Positions 48,713 to 58,341 of a stretch of DNA of 64,000 nucleotides are shown piece after piece; the stretch's first letter is position 1; every line of letters starts with the position of its first letter. The notes below the pieces were generated by a model, which saw only the letters and a program-made list of their open reading frames with translations, had not been told where the DNA came from and searched no databases. The position numbers were made by a program, and so were the translations under genes. The stretch covers positions 613-64,612 of the forward strand of contig JBKPAF010000011.1 of assembly GCA_046726275.1 (NCBI GenBank), given 5' to 3'. The stretch comes from Actinomycetota bacterium. GTDB lineage: Bacteria > Actinomycetota > UBA4738.

Positions 48713-51700
48713 TCCGCACCGGCCTCCTGGTCACCCAAAGCGCCGCGCCCCACAAGAGGATGAGGAGGATCACCTGAACGGTCCTGACCCGCTGCCCCCC
48801 GAAACGGATCCTGTACCCGGACGGCATGGGATCGGCAATGAAGCCCGTCGCCCAGCCGAAGGCGCGAGTCGGTTCGACCGATCGACCAGCCGCTTCCGGC
48901 TCCAGGCGCCACCGGTCATCGAACTGTTCCAGGAGGAGGGGAAGAGCCGGTCCCGTCTGGGGTGGTCCCTCGAAGAGCTGTCCCGATGGATCCTCCACGA
49001 ACGGTCGGGCCTCCACTCGGGGCAGGGGCTGCACGGAGTCCAGTCGGGAGGATCTTGCCCCGCGGATCCATGCCGAGCTCGCGATGTCGGAGGCCAGTGG
49101 CACCGCCTTGTCGTTGCGAAAGATGGTGAGCCCCCGCGCCGACACGAGGTTCAGGTCGACCTGGCGGGCCAGCCGGCGAAAGGTCGGGCCTGGGAGGTCA
49201 CCGGGATCGGCCACCACGAACCGGATGCCGAAGACAGCCAGAAGCGCCCCACCGTGCTTCGTCTCCCCGGCCAGGATGTCGATGAGCGACTGGCGAAGGC
49301 GATCGTACCCCGGTCCAACGTCCGGCCGGCCGATGTCCAATGACGAGGCCCCCGTTGGATCGGTCACCGCGAACCGGGCTGCGGCGGCTCCCCCCGGAAG
49401 GGTGCCCGTGGGAAGTCCCCCGGGAGCGGGAAACGCGTCACCATCGGGTGAACCCAGCCACAACACCCGGTACGGAGGACCACTGGCCTCCCCGGCCACG
49501 GGGTACGCGGCGGGGATCCGATCCGGCCCCCCTACCGCCCAGGAGGCGTTCGCCGCCTGGACGAGCTGACCGGTCAGCCCCACAGCCAGCAGAGCGGCGA
49601 TGAGCGCGGTCCCGAGCTGCCGGAGGCCGAACTGGCTCCTGGACACTCGGTGCAGGAGCGAGGCGAGCCCCAACCCGACCAGCAGCGAGCAGCCGAACGC
49701 CGCCACGCCGACGTAAGCCACCGCGTTCGACAGGGCGGGCGGAAGATAGCCCGCGGCCGCCAACCACCCCAGGTAGAGGGAAAGGACGGCTGCCACCCCT
49801 GCTCGGACCGCCAGCACCTGATGCCTGGCGGAGACGAAGAGGAGCGAGAGGCCCGCGGCAAGCGGGAGGAAGTATCCGGTTGCCCACGACCCGGGGCCCG
49901 GACCGAGGGAGAGGCGGGCCAGCGCCGAGAAGGAGGGCTCGCCGGCGAGATCCTGAAGGCTTCTGAACGACCCTCTGGCGATCGCGAGGGACAGCGGGAA
50001 AGCGAGCACCCCGGCGAGGATGAAGGCCACGCCTACGAGCAGGAGGCCCCGCGCCCGCTGGGCACCGTCCGGTGGGAACAGCAGGACCGCTACCACCAGT
50101 ACCAAGGCGGCGAGGATCGCCGCCGGGTAGAACGAGCCCAGGATGGCCATACCGAGCGCGGCCCCGACGGTCCACCGGCGGACGCGGATGGGCCCGAGCG
50201 CTCGGAACGGCATCGCGAGCTTGCCGGCCATCCACGGAAGACCCGCCAGGAAGACCAGCGCAGGGATCCGGCCTTCCGAGACGGCCCACAGGATGACCGA
50301 GGAGAGCCCGTAGCATGTGCCGGCCACGACCGAGGGGAGTGGGTCATCGGTCGACGCGCGAACCGCCCGGTAGCAGCCGATGGCCGCGACGGCCGGCAGC
50401 GCCATCAGGAGGATCTTCAGGAGGAGAGAGGGGCTGCCGAGCGCCAGGACGCTTCCCACCCCGAGAAGTCCCAGGGCCGGGCTCGCCGCCGTGCCGCCTC
50501 CCAGGCCGGTATGCCTGATGCCCGATACGAGCTCTTCGAAAAAGCCGGAGGGGGAGGCCGGGAGTGTGCCGAGGCCCCCGCCCACCAGGGGTGACGCTCC
50601 GAGCAGGTGGCGGTAGACGACCGCCGCGGCGACAGCGGCGAGGACCCATGCCGTGGCGGCCGGGTGATTTCGAGCGAAGCGGAACGCCTGGTTCCGCGCG
50701 CCCACCTGCTCCGGTTCTTCCGGGGCCTCGCGCGTCGGCATGAGTGCCTGCCCCGCGGCCTGGGCCCATCGCCGAAGCCTGATCGTCGTGGGGGCCATGG
50801 CCTTGCGGACGGTTCGGTCGGGAAGTGAGCGGACGGCCTGGGCCCGAACCCGCCGCTTGAGCGTTCCCGGCAGATGGACCACGTTCCACCACCACGCTCC
50901 TAGGAGCTGGTAGGCATCCTGGAACCGCCTGGAGAGAACGAGGAAGACCACACGGATGAGCCCCTGAAGCACGTAGATGGGGAGGATCCAAACGAGGGAC
51001 AACAGGCCGTAGTTCTTGAGGATGCTCGCCAGGGCCCCGCGTTCCTGGTCGTACCCGCCGAAGGTCGTCCCGGCCACAGGGGGGCGCTCTCCGCGTGAAC
51101 CGGCGCTGCGATGCCTGGCCACAGCCCTCGGCGTCATGAGCACTCGGAATCCGGCCACCCGGGCCCGCCAGCAGAAATCGAGGTCCTGGCGGTTCGCCGC
51201 CAGCCGCTCATCGGGTAACCCCACCCGACTCCAGGCCTCTCGGGAGACGAGCATCGCGCAAGACGAGACGTACATGACCTCCCGGATGCGGTCGTACTGT
51301 CCCTGGTCGATCTCGCCGTCCTCCAGCGGTGAGTAGGGGTAGGCGAAACGATCGGTGGACAGGCCGACCTCCAGGAGCACCTGGGGCCGGTCCCAATCGA
51401 GGACCTTCGGCCCGACCACACCGACCCCGTCGATCCGCTGAGCTGCCTCGACCAGCGCGGCAACGGCTTGGGGTTCGAGGAGTGTGTCGTCATGGAGGAA
51501 CAGGACGTAGTCGGCGTGCTTCGCAGCCTCGGAGCCGAGCGCGACCGATGCCGCCTGGCCAAAGCCTGCGTTCCCGGGCAGACGGATGACCCTGCTCGGC
51601 CCGAGCGACGCCTCGAGGAGATCCACGGACCGGTCGGTCGAACCATCGTCGACGGCGACGACCCCGATGCGCGGGTACGTCTGCTTGGCCAGACCCATGA

Positions 51701-51818
51701 GGCATTGGGGCAGCCATGCCTCAGCGTCCCTGACCACAAGGGCCTCCAGGACAGTGGGTGCTTTGACCTCCCCGGCTGCTGCACGGCCGCGGGGAGCGCG
51801 CGTTTCGACTTTGGCCAT
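48705..51818 (-). CDS. Large membrane GT2 glycosyltransferase
   Basis: VDDGSTD, LHDD, GPKV, DQGQYD, DLDFCWR, then many TM helices. Confidence 0.88.
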   Translation of the reverse strand: MAKVETRAPRGRAAAGEVKAPTVLEALVVRDAEAWLPQCLMGLAKQTYPRIGVVAVDDGSTDRSVDLLEASLGPSRVIRLPGNAGFGQAASVALGSEAAKHADYVLFLHDDTLLEPQAVAALVEAAQRIDGVGVVGPKVLDWDRPQVLLEVGLSTDRFAYPYSPLEDGEIDQGQYDRIREVMYVSSCAMLVSREAWSRVGLPDERLAANRQDLDFCWRARVAGFRVLMTPRAVARHRSAGSRGERPPVAGTTFGGYDQERGALASILKNYGLLSLVWILPIYVLQGLIRVVFLVLSRRFQDAYQLLGAWWWNVVHLPGTLKRRVRAQAVRSLPDRTVRKAMAPTTIRLRRWAQAAGQALMPTREAPEEPEQVGARNQAFRFARNHPAATAWVLAAVAAAVVYRHLLGASPLVGGGLGTLPASPSGFFEELVSGIRHTGLGGGTAASPALGLLGVGSVLALGSPSLLLKILLMALPAVAAIGCYRAVRASTDDPLPSVVAGTCYGLSSVILWAVSEGRIPALVFLAGLPWMAGKLAMPFRALGPIRVRRWTVGAALGMAILGSFYPAAILAALVLVVAVLLFPPDGAQRARGLLLVGVAFILAGVLAFPLSLAIARGSFRSLQDLAGEPSFSALARLSLGPGPGSWATGYFLPLAAGLSLLFVSARHQVLAVRAGVAAVLSLYLGWLAAAGYLPPALSNAVAYVGVAAFGCSLLVGLGLASLLHRVSRSQFGLRQLGTALIAALLAVGLTGQLVQAANASWAVGGPDRIPAAYPVAGEASGPPYRVLWLGSPDGDAFPAPGGLPTGTLPGGAAAARFAVTDPTGASSLDIGRPDVGPGYDRLRQSLIDILAGETKHGGALLAVFGIRFVVADPGDLPGPTFRRLARQVDLNLVSARGLTIFRNDKAVPLASDIASSAWIRGARSSRLDSVQPLPRVEARPFVEDPSGQLFEGPPQTGPALPLLLEQFDDRWRLEPEAAGRSVEPTRAFGWATGFIADPMPSGYRIRFGGQRVRTVQVILLILLWGAALWVTRRPVRSE

Positions 51819-51846
51819 GGGCGTTGATGCTACCGAGAAAGAGCCG

Positions 51847-51870
51847 AAGGGGGGCCCGGAGGCCCCCCTT
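51847..51870. terminator. Terminator-like hairpin after whiB/H1-like genes
   Basis: AAGGGGGGCC-CGGA-GGCCCCCCTT. Confidence 0.65.
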
Positions 51871-51895
51871 TCAGCGTTCTCGCTCGATCAACGAG

Positions 51896-52066
51896 CTATC
51901 TCTTCCGCTTTGCGCTGGACTTCTTGGTCGACTTCTTCGCCGAGGTCTTCCTCTTTGCCGAAGCCTTCTTCGTCGACTTCTTCTTCGCCGAAGACTTCTT
52001 GGCGGACTTCTTGGCGGACTTCTTGGCTGTCGACTTCTTCGCAGACTTCCTCTTGGCGGCCGGCAT
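51896..52066 (-). CDS. Histone H1-like Lys/Ser/Ala-rich small protein (56 aa)
   Basis: AAAGGAGGTG SD; MPAAKRKSAKKSTAKKSAKKSAKKSSAKKKSTKKASAKRKTSAKKSTKKSSAKRKR. Confidence 0.8.
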   Translation of the reverse strand: MPAAKRKSAKKSTAKKSAKKSAKKSSAKKKSTKKASAKRKTSAKKSTKKSSAKRKR

Positions 52067-52091
52067 GTTCACCTCCTTTCCGACACCTCGC

Positions 52092-52319
52092 TCAGGAGGC
52101 CATGCGCTTCAATCGCCGACGCTCCCGTTCGCTCATCCCGCCCCACACCCCATACCGCTCGTCGCGACGAAGGGCATAGTTGAGGCACTCGATACGAACG
52201 GGACAGTCGGCGCAGATCCGCTTGGCCTCGCGCGACGACCCTCCCTTCTCGGGGAAGAAGATCTCCGGGTCGTAGTCCCGGCAGCGTGCGCGGTCCTGCC
52301 ATGGAACGAAGTGATGCAC
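52092..52319 (-). CDS. whiB: WhiB/WhiB2 Fe-S transcription regulator
   Basis: WQDRARC..DPEIFFPEKGGS.REAKRICADCPVR..C..YAL...GVWGGMSERERR. Confidence 0.93.
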   Translation of the reverse strand: MHHFVPWQDRARCRDYDPEIFFPEKGGSSREAKRICADCPVRIECLNYALRRDERYGVWGGMSERERRRLKRMAS

Positions 52320-52329
52320 GGCCTTCCCC

Positions 52330-52353
52330 CAGAATTACATTCTTGTAATTCTG
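52330..52353. promoter_or_regulatory. Perfect palindrome over the whiB promoter
   Basis: CAGAATTACA-TTCT-TGTAATTCTG; overlaps -10 CAGAAT, with TTGCGT 18 bp upstream on the minus strand. Confidence 0.6.
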
Positions 52354-52553
52354 AGGGAAAGTGCCCCGGAAACGCAAGTCCGCGGGCCCAACTTTTTCAG
52401 CCGGTTTGTGCCGTTCCATGTCCATTTGGAATCGTGGCCCGCTGAGGGCCCTGGTGCAAGGGATTCCAGGACTTTTTTTCATAGTAAAGGAGCTTTACCA
52501 TATTGGTAAGGCCACCTGACTAAATCCGCCAAAAATTGGGACTTTGGGCGGTC

Positions 52554-55085
52554 TCAGGGCAGTGGATCGGGCGAGCCGCCGGCCGATCGGCTCAGCTCGG
52601 GTTGGGTCACGCTGGGCCTGCCGGCCACCCGGCCGTAGGTCGTGGTGCGTTCCGCGGGGATGCGGCCGATGTCACGGATCGCGTTGACGAACTCATCGGG
52701 CTCCTTCCTGATCCCCCACTCTGCGCCCGCCATGCGCGAGATCGTCTCCTCCATGAGCGTCCCGCCGAAATCGTTGGCGCCCCCCTGGAGGATCAGCTTG
52801 CAGTAGTCCATCCCCATCTTCACCCACGAAACCTGGACGTTCGCGATCCGCGAATGGAGAAGGATCCGAGCCACGGCATGCATCCGTCGATTCTCGGCGA
52901 GCGTGGCGCCGGGGCGGGCCTTCCCAGCGAGATAGATCGGCGAGTTCTGCCACACGAACGGGAGAGGGACGAACTCGGTGAAACCCCCGGTCTCGGCCTG
53001 GATCCTGGACAGTCGCCTGATGTGGGCCACCCAGTGTGGCGGCGCGTCCACGTGGCCGTACATGATCGTGGAGGAGCTCCGGATCCCGAGCGAGTGGGCA
53101 GTCTTGATGATCTCTTCCCACGTGTCGGCGGGCAGCTTCCCCTTGGTCAGGACCCATCGCACCTCGTCGTCGAGGATCTCGGCCGCCGTCCCGGGCATGG
53201 TCCCCAGGCCGCGACCCCGGCATTCCTCGAGGAACTCACGGAAGGAGATCCCCAGGCGAGTCGCCCCGTTGAGCACCTCCATCGGGCTGAACGCGTGGAT
53301 GTGGATCCCCGGAACCCGGGCCTTGATGGCGTCGAGGATCGCGAAGTAGAAGTCGCCGGGAAGGCTCGGGTGGAGCCCACCCTGGATACACACCTCTGTG
53401 GCGCCGTACTGCCAGGCCTCCTCGGCGCGGTCCGCAACTTCCTCGAGCGACAGGGTGTAGGACTCGGGATCGATCTCTCGCTGGGCGAAGGCGCAGAAAC
53501 GGCACCCCGTGTAGCAGACGTTGGTGAAATTGATGTTCCGGTTGACCACATAGGTGACCTCGTCCCCAACCGCGTCCCTTCGGAGGTCGTCGGCCACCCT
53601 GCACAGATCGTCGAGCGCCTGGGCATCCGCCTGGAACAGAGCCAGGGCCTCTCCTTCGGTGAGGTCCGGTCCCTCCCCCGCGCTCGCCCTGGAGAGCGCG
53701 GCCTTGACCTGGCGATCCAGGCGATGCGGCGCTGGCCTTGTCTGGCCCACCCACGCCTTCGTCGCAGAGATGGTGTCGAAGTCGCCGTACACGTCGACCG
53801 CGTCGTCCCGCAACCCGGCGCCCGGACCCTTGGCGAACGACAGGGCGGTGGTCCGGGACTTCCACCGGACCTCCGGGTCCTGCCACGCCGTGGCCTCCGG
53901 GCGCTGCCCCTCCCGCGCGAGGCCATCCGACCCCGTCAGGTTCCGTACGGGCTCTTGCATCTTTCCGGCGATCCAAGGGTCCGGCCTGAGGGCGAATTCG
54001 GGGTAGATGGCCAGCCGCTCTCGCAACGCATAGCCCTTCTCCGCCGTCCGACGTTCGAGATCGTGGAGCTTCGGCCACGGCGCCTCCGGATTCACGTGGT
54101 CGATGGTCAGGGGCGAGACGCCGCCCCAGTCGTTGATCCCGGCGTCGATCAGCCGCGGGTAGTGCGGATCCGAGAGATTGGGCGGAGCCTGAAGGTTCAT
54201 GCGCGGGCCCAGCACGATCCGTGCCGTGGCCACCGTTGCCAGGAACTCCTCCTCTTCCGGTTCGGCCGCATCGTGCATGGCGGTTCCCGGCTTCGCCCGG
54301 AAGTTCTGGACGATCACCTCCTGGACATGGCGATAGGCGCGGTGGATCTCGCGGATGGCGAACAGTGACTCCGCACGCTCTCGCAGGGTCTCTCCGATCC
54401 CCACGAGGATCCCGGTGGTGAACGGGATGGACAGCCGTCCGGCATCCTCGATCGTGCGCAGCCTGACCGAGGGGATCTTGTCGGGCGAGCCGAAGTGCGG
54501 CCCGCCTTTCTCCGACAGGCGTACCGAGGACGTCTCCAGCATGATCCCCATCGACGCGCTCACGTGCTTGAGGCGGGCCAGATCCTCCCATGACATGACG
54601 CCCGGATTCAGGTGGGGCAGCAGGCCGGTCTCCTCGATCACCTTGATCGACATGGCACGGAGATAGTCGAGCGTCGAGTGGTAGCCGCGCTCTGCCAGCC
54701 ATTGGCGGGCGACCGGGTACCGGTCCTCCGGTTTGTCGCCCAGAGTGAACAGTGCCTCCTTGCATCCGAGACCACGCCCGGCCTCGGCGATGGCGACGAC
54801 CTCCTCCGGCGTCAGGAACGGGCGCTCCAACTTGGCCGGGGGCTTGGCGAACGTGCAGTAGTGGCAATGGTCGCGGCACAGCATGGTGAGCGGGATGAAG
54901 ACCTTCCGCGAATACGTGATGGTCCGGTGGTGGCCTAGATCACGGAGCCTCGAGGCGATGGCGGACAGCTCGACGAGAGCGTCGCCTCGAGCGGACAGAA
55001 GCGCCTCCGCCTCTTCCAGGGAGATGACCTTTCCGTCCCGGGCGCGCGCGAGCGAACGGCGGAGTCGGTGAGCGAAGTCGGCCAT
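52554..55085 (-). CDS. fbiC: Bifunctional FO synthase (CofG-CofH fusion)
   Basis: Two radical SAM motifs CRDHCHYC and CYTGCRFC; GINDWGGVSP, NVQVSWVK, GGTLMEETISR. Confidence 0.95.
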   Translation of the reverse strand: MADFAHRLRRSLARARDGKVISLEEAEALLSARGDALVELSAIASRLRDLGHHRTITYSRKVFIPLTMLCRDHCHYCTFAKPPAKLERPFLTPEEVVAIAEAGRGLGCKEALFTLGDKPEDRYPVARQWLAERGYHSTLDYLRAMSIKVIEETGLLPHLNPGVMSWEDLARLKHVSASMGIMLETSSVRLSEKGGPHFGSPDKIPSVRLRTIEDAGRLSIPFTTGILVGIGETLRERAESLFAIREIHRAYRHVQEVIVQNFRAKPGTAMHDAAEPEEEEFLATVATARIVLGPRMNLQAPPNLSDPHYPRLIDAGINDWGGVSPLTIDHVNPEAPWPKLHDLERRTAEKGYALRERLAIYPEFALRPDPWIAGKMQEPVRNLTGSDGLAREGQRPEATAWQDPEVRWKSRTTALSFAKGPGAGLRDDAVDVYGDFDTISATKAWVGQTRPAPHRLDRQVKAALSRASAGEGPDLTEGEALALFQADAQALDDLCRVADDLRRDAVGDEVTYVVNRNINFTNVCYTGCRFCAFAQREIDPESYTLSLEEVADRAEEAWQYGATEVCIQGGLHPSLPGDFYFAILDAIKARVPGIHIHAFSPMEVLNGATRLGISFREFLEECRGRGLGTMPGTAAEILDDEVRWVLTKGKLPADTWEEIIKTAHSLGIRSSSTIMYGHVDAPPHWVAHIRRLSRIQAETGGFTEFVPLPFVWQNSPIYLAGKARPGATLAENRRMHAVARILLHSRIANVQVSWVKMGMDYCKLILQGGANDFGGTLMEETISRMAGAEWGIRKEPDEFVNAIRDIGRIPAERTTTYGRVAGRPSVTQPELSRSAGGSPDPLP

Positions 55086-55145
55086 GATCGGCTGCGAATG
55101 TACGGCCGCCTTCCCGCTTTCGGCAAACAGCGGCAAGATAGAGCG

Positions 55146-56105
55146 GTGAAGGTGACCGCGCTGGCAGGTGGAGTGGGGGCGGGAATGTTCCTCCGTGGAC
55201 TGGTTCGAGCGGTCCCGGCAGAGGCCGTGACGGCCGTCGTCAACACCGGTGACGACGTCCGAGTCCATGGACTGTACGTCTCTCCGGATCTCGACTCCGT
55301 CACCTACTGGTTGGCCGGGGTCGCAGATCGAGAGCGGGGATGGGGAAGGCAGGGAGAGTCGTTCCGGGCCACCGAGCAGCTCCGCGCATTCGGCGCGCCG
55401 GATTCCTGGTTCGGCTTGGGCGACCTCGACCTGGCCACGCACCTCTTCCGGACCCGGCTCATGTCCGAAGGACGGACGCTGTCGGAGGCCACTCGCGAGG
55501 TGACCGGCCGCTTCGGCATCGCGGCGCGGCTCCTCCCGATGTCGGATGACCCCGTGACCACACGCGTCGAAGTGGTGGATGACGCCGGCCGATCGCTCGA
55601 CCTGCACTTCCAGGAGTACTGGGTGCTGCGGAGGGCAGAGGACGAAGTGAAATCCGTGCGGTTCGAGGGCGCGGAGACGGCTCGACCTGCCCCCGGAGTC
55701 CTCCGGGCCATCGAGGAGGCCGAGGTCGTCGTGATCTGCCCCTCGAACCCCATCGTGTCCATCGACCCCATCCTGGCGGTCCCGGGTGTGCGGGACGCCG
55801 TGGCCACTCGGCGGGACACGGTCGTCGCGATCTCCCCGATCGTGGGCGGCGCTCCCCTGCGAGGCATGGCGGACCGGCTCCTTCCCACGGCGGGGGTGGA
55901 CGTGTCGGCCGCGGGGGTCGCGGAGCACTATGCCGGCCTGATCGGAGCCTTCGTGCTCGACCGGGCCGATGATGCCCTCGTGGGCCGGGTCCTCAGGACC
56001 TGTGATCGAGCCCGGATCACCGACACGATCATGCTCGATGATTCGGCCGCGGAGCGGCTCGCTCGCGACGCCCTCGACACAGCGAGGGAGCACCATGGCC
56101 ATTGA
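55146..56105 (+). CDS. cofD: 2-phospho-L-lactate/PEP transferase (CofD/FbiA)
   Basis: LAGGVG, NTGDD, PDLD, WFGLGDLD, PMSDD, HFQEYW, PSNP. Confidence 0.95.
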   Translation: MKVTALAGGVGAGMFLRGLVRAVPAEAVTAVVNTGDDVRVHGLYVSPDLDSVTYWLAGVADRERGWGRQGESFRATEQLRAFGAPDSWFGLGDLDLATHLFRTRLMSEGRTLSEATREVTGRFGIAARLLPMSDDPVTTRVEVVDDAGRSLDLHFQEYWVLRRAEDEVKSVRFEGAETARPAPGVLRAIEEAEVVVICPSNPIVSIDPILAVPGVRDAVATRRDTVVAISPIVGGAPLRGMADRLLPTAGVDVSAAGVAEHYAGLIGAFVLDRADDALVGRVLRTCDRARITDTIMLDDSAAERLARDALDTAREHHGH

Positions 56106-57270
56106 GGTCATCCCCGTCCGGGAGATCCCGGAGATCGTCCCGGGCGACGACCTCGGGACCATCCTGGGCGCTGCGCTCTCCAGACAACGCTTGGTCCTTC
56201 GGGATGAGGACGTGGTCGTCGTCACCCAGAAGGTGGTGTCGAAATCGGAGGGCCGGATCGTTCCCGAGGCCCCGGTCGGGAAGGCGGGCTGGGTGGCGCG
56301 GGAGGCTCGCCGGATCGTGGCGCGCCGGGGCGACCTGGTCGTGGCCGAGACCCGTCACGGTTTCGTGTGCGCCAACGCGGGAGTGGACGCGTCCAACGTC
56401 GCCGACGGATACCTGACGCTGCTTCCCGAAGACCCGGATGCGAGCGCGCAAGCGATCCGCGAAGCGCTCACGGCCTCGACGGACGCCATGATCGCCGTGG
56501 TGATCACGGACACTTTCGGCCGTCCGTGGCGGCAAGGTCTGGTGAACGTGGCCATCGGCTGCGCGGGCCTTCCGGCGCTGGTGGACCTGCGGGGCACGAA
56601 GGATGGGGTCGGGCGGGTTCTGGAAGCGACTGTGGAAGCGCTGGCGGACGAGGTGGCCGCGGCCGCGGGGCTGGTCATGGGGAAGGCCGACGGGATCCCC
56701 GCCGCGATCGTCCGGGGCCTCCGGCTCGGAGGGGATTCGCTGCCCGCCAGGGCATTGGTGCGCCCGCCGGAAGAGGACCTGTTCCGGCACTCGGCGATGG
56801 AGACCATCCAGTCTTGGCGTGAGGACGGCGCGTTCGGGCCGGGGGAGGTTTCCCCAGACCACATCCAGGAGGCTCTCCTCGCCGCCGGGTCGGCCCTTGG
56901 AACCGAAGCCGACCAGTCGTGGGTCCTCGTGGAGGCGGCGCGCGGGCCGCGTCGGGAAGCGCTGGAGGCGGCGGCGGATCGAGATGCGGCGAACCTCATC
57001 GCGATGGCGCCGGTGGTCGTGGTGATGCTCGCCGGTCGGCCAGGGGCGCCCGAGGCGGCGTCCGAGCAGATCCATTCGCGCCGGGATGAGGCTCTGCTCT
57101 CCGCCGGCGCAGCCATGCAGATCGTCATGCTGGCCTTCCACGCCCTCGGCCTGGCCTCATGTTGGATCCGTCCGACCCGGTTCGCCGCGAGCGAGGCTGC
57201 CTCGGCGCTCGGAATGACGGGCCGCGAGCTGCTGGGGGCGATCGTCTCCGGCCGGCGCCCTCCGGAATGA
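56095..57270 (+). CDS. cofE: Coenzyme F420-0:glutamate ligase with degenerate nitroreductase domain (FbiB)
   Basis: QKVVSKSEG, ANAGVDASN, DTFGRPWR, DEVAAA; C-terminal domain with LSAGAAMQ...GLASCW. Confidence 0.9.
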   Translation: MAIEVIPVREIPEIVPGDDLGTILGAALSRQRLVLRDEDVVVVTQKVVSKSEGRIVPEAPVGKAGWVAREARRIVARRGDLVVAETRHGFVCANAGVDASNVADGYLTLLPEDPDASAQAIREALTASTDAMIAVVITDTFGRPWRQGLVNVAIGCAGLPALVDLRGTKDGVGRVLEATVEALADEVAAAAGLVMGKADGIPAAIVRGLRLGGDSLPARALVRPPEEDLFRHSAMETIQSWREDGAFGPGEVSPDHIQEALLAAGSALGTEADQSWVLVEAARGPRREALEAAADRDAANLIAMAPVVVVMLAGRPGAPEAASEQIHSRRDEALLSAGAAMQIVMLAFHALGLASCWIRPTRFAASEAASALGMTGRELLGAIVSGRRPPE

Positions 57271-57869
57271 CGCCCACCGCCTCGAAGCCCTTGACTGGTC
57301 TAGTGCTCTGTGGAGGCGGGAGCTCGCGGATGGGAAGAGAGAAGTCGCTCATCGCCGTGGAGGGCCGGCCTCTGGTCCTCCACGTCGCGGGACTCCTCGA
57401 GCTCGCGTGCGAGCCCGTCCTTCTGGCGCCCGGCCGGCCGGGCAGGCTGGGTCCGCTCGGCTACCCGGAGGTGGAGGACCTCGTCCCCGACTCAGGCCCG
57501 CTGGGTGGTGTCGCCGCCGGGCTGGCGGCCTCGCCCCATCCTCTGGTGGCGGTGTCGGCCGTCGACCTACCGTTCGCGAGCCCGGCCTTGTTCACCCTCC
57601 TCGCAACGCTTCACGAGGGAGAGGACGCCGTCGTCCCCAGGATCGGCTCCCGCCTGGAGCCCCTGCACGCCGTGTACGGGACCTCGGCCCTTCCCGCGCT
57701 GCGTGACGCGCTCGGGAGGGGGACGCTCTCCGTGACGGCGGTCCTGTCCGACCTGCGGGTGCGATGGGTGGACCGGAAGGAATGGACCCGCGCGGACCCT
57801 TCGGGCCGGTTCGCGGTCAACGTGAACACCGTCGACGATCTCGAACACCTCGAGATCGCGCCGGGCTAG
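57267..57869 (+). CDS. mobA: Molybdenum cofactor guanylyltransferase-like NTP transferase
   Basis: LCGGGSSRMGREK, GPLGG, VDLPF, EPLHAVY, NVNT. Confidence 0.85.
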   Translation: MTPTASKPLTGLVLCGGGSSRMGREKSLIAVEGRPLVLHVAGLLELACEPVLLAPGRPGRLGPLGYPEVEDLVPDSGPLGGVAAGLAASPHPLVAVSAVDLPFASPALFTLLATLHEGEDAVVPRIGSRLEPLHAVYGTSALPALRDALGRGTLSVTAVLSDLRVRWVDRKEWTRADPSGRFAVNVNTVDDLEHLEIAPG

Positions 57870-57937
57870 CGATCCAGCCAGCTAGAGTTCCAGGCTGCTT
57901 CCCAAGGTGCCGACATCCGTCAAAGGAGGCGAACACG

Positions 57938-58309
57938 ATGGGCGAACGCGAGCAGGACGACGTCCAATCCGGGGCAAGACAGGAACCCGCCGCTCAGGGG
58001 GTCCCCGGCGCCCCCGTGGTCGGGGTGATGGTCCAGAGGACAACGCGTTTCAGCCGCGAGGTCGTGGCCACGATGATCTCGCTGGCCAGCGCCGCCTTCG
58101 GAGTCGTCGCGGCTCTGGCCTGGAACAGCGCCATCACCAAATGGTTCGAGCAGTTCTCCGGCGAGACCGCCGAGCTCAGCGCCCTGTTCATCTATGCCGT
58201 TCTCGTCACGGTCGCCGGGGTCGTGGTGATCGTCATCCTGGGGCGCCTCGCCGCTCGAATCAACGCACAACCTGTAGAGTTCAAGTACCCCGCCGTGCCG
58301 AAGGCGTAG
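57938..58309 (+). CDS. Small 2-TM membrane protein (DUF5654-like)
   Basis: AFGVVAALAWNSAI, YAVLVT; SD AAAGGAGG. Confidence 0.75.
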   Translation: MGEREQDDVQSGARQEPAAQGVPGAPVVGVMVQRTTRFSREVVATMISLASAAFGVVAALAWNSAITKWFEQFSGETAELSALFIYAVLVTVAGVVVIVILGRLAARINAQPVEFKYPAVPKA

Positions 58310-58341
58310 GCGCGCGCTCAGCCCGACCAGCAGGAGACTCG

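Noticed and set aside
51924-52445. Plus-strand ORF with ADFL/DFF repeats
   Set aside because: Antisense shadow of the AAG-rich H1-like gene and whiB, which have the SD and recognisable motifs.
55086-56225. 380-aa N-terminal extension of FbiC in the ORF track
   Set aside because: Antisense to cofD/cofE; the real start is ATG 55085.
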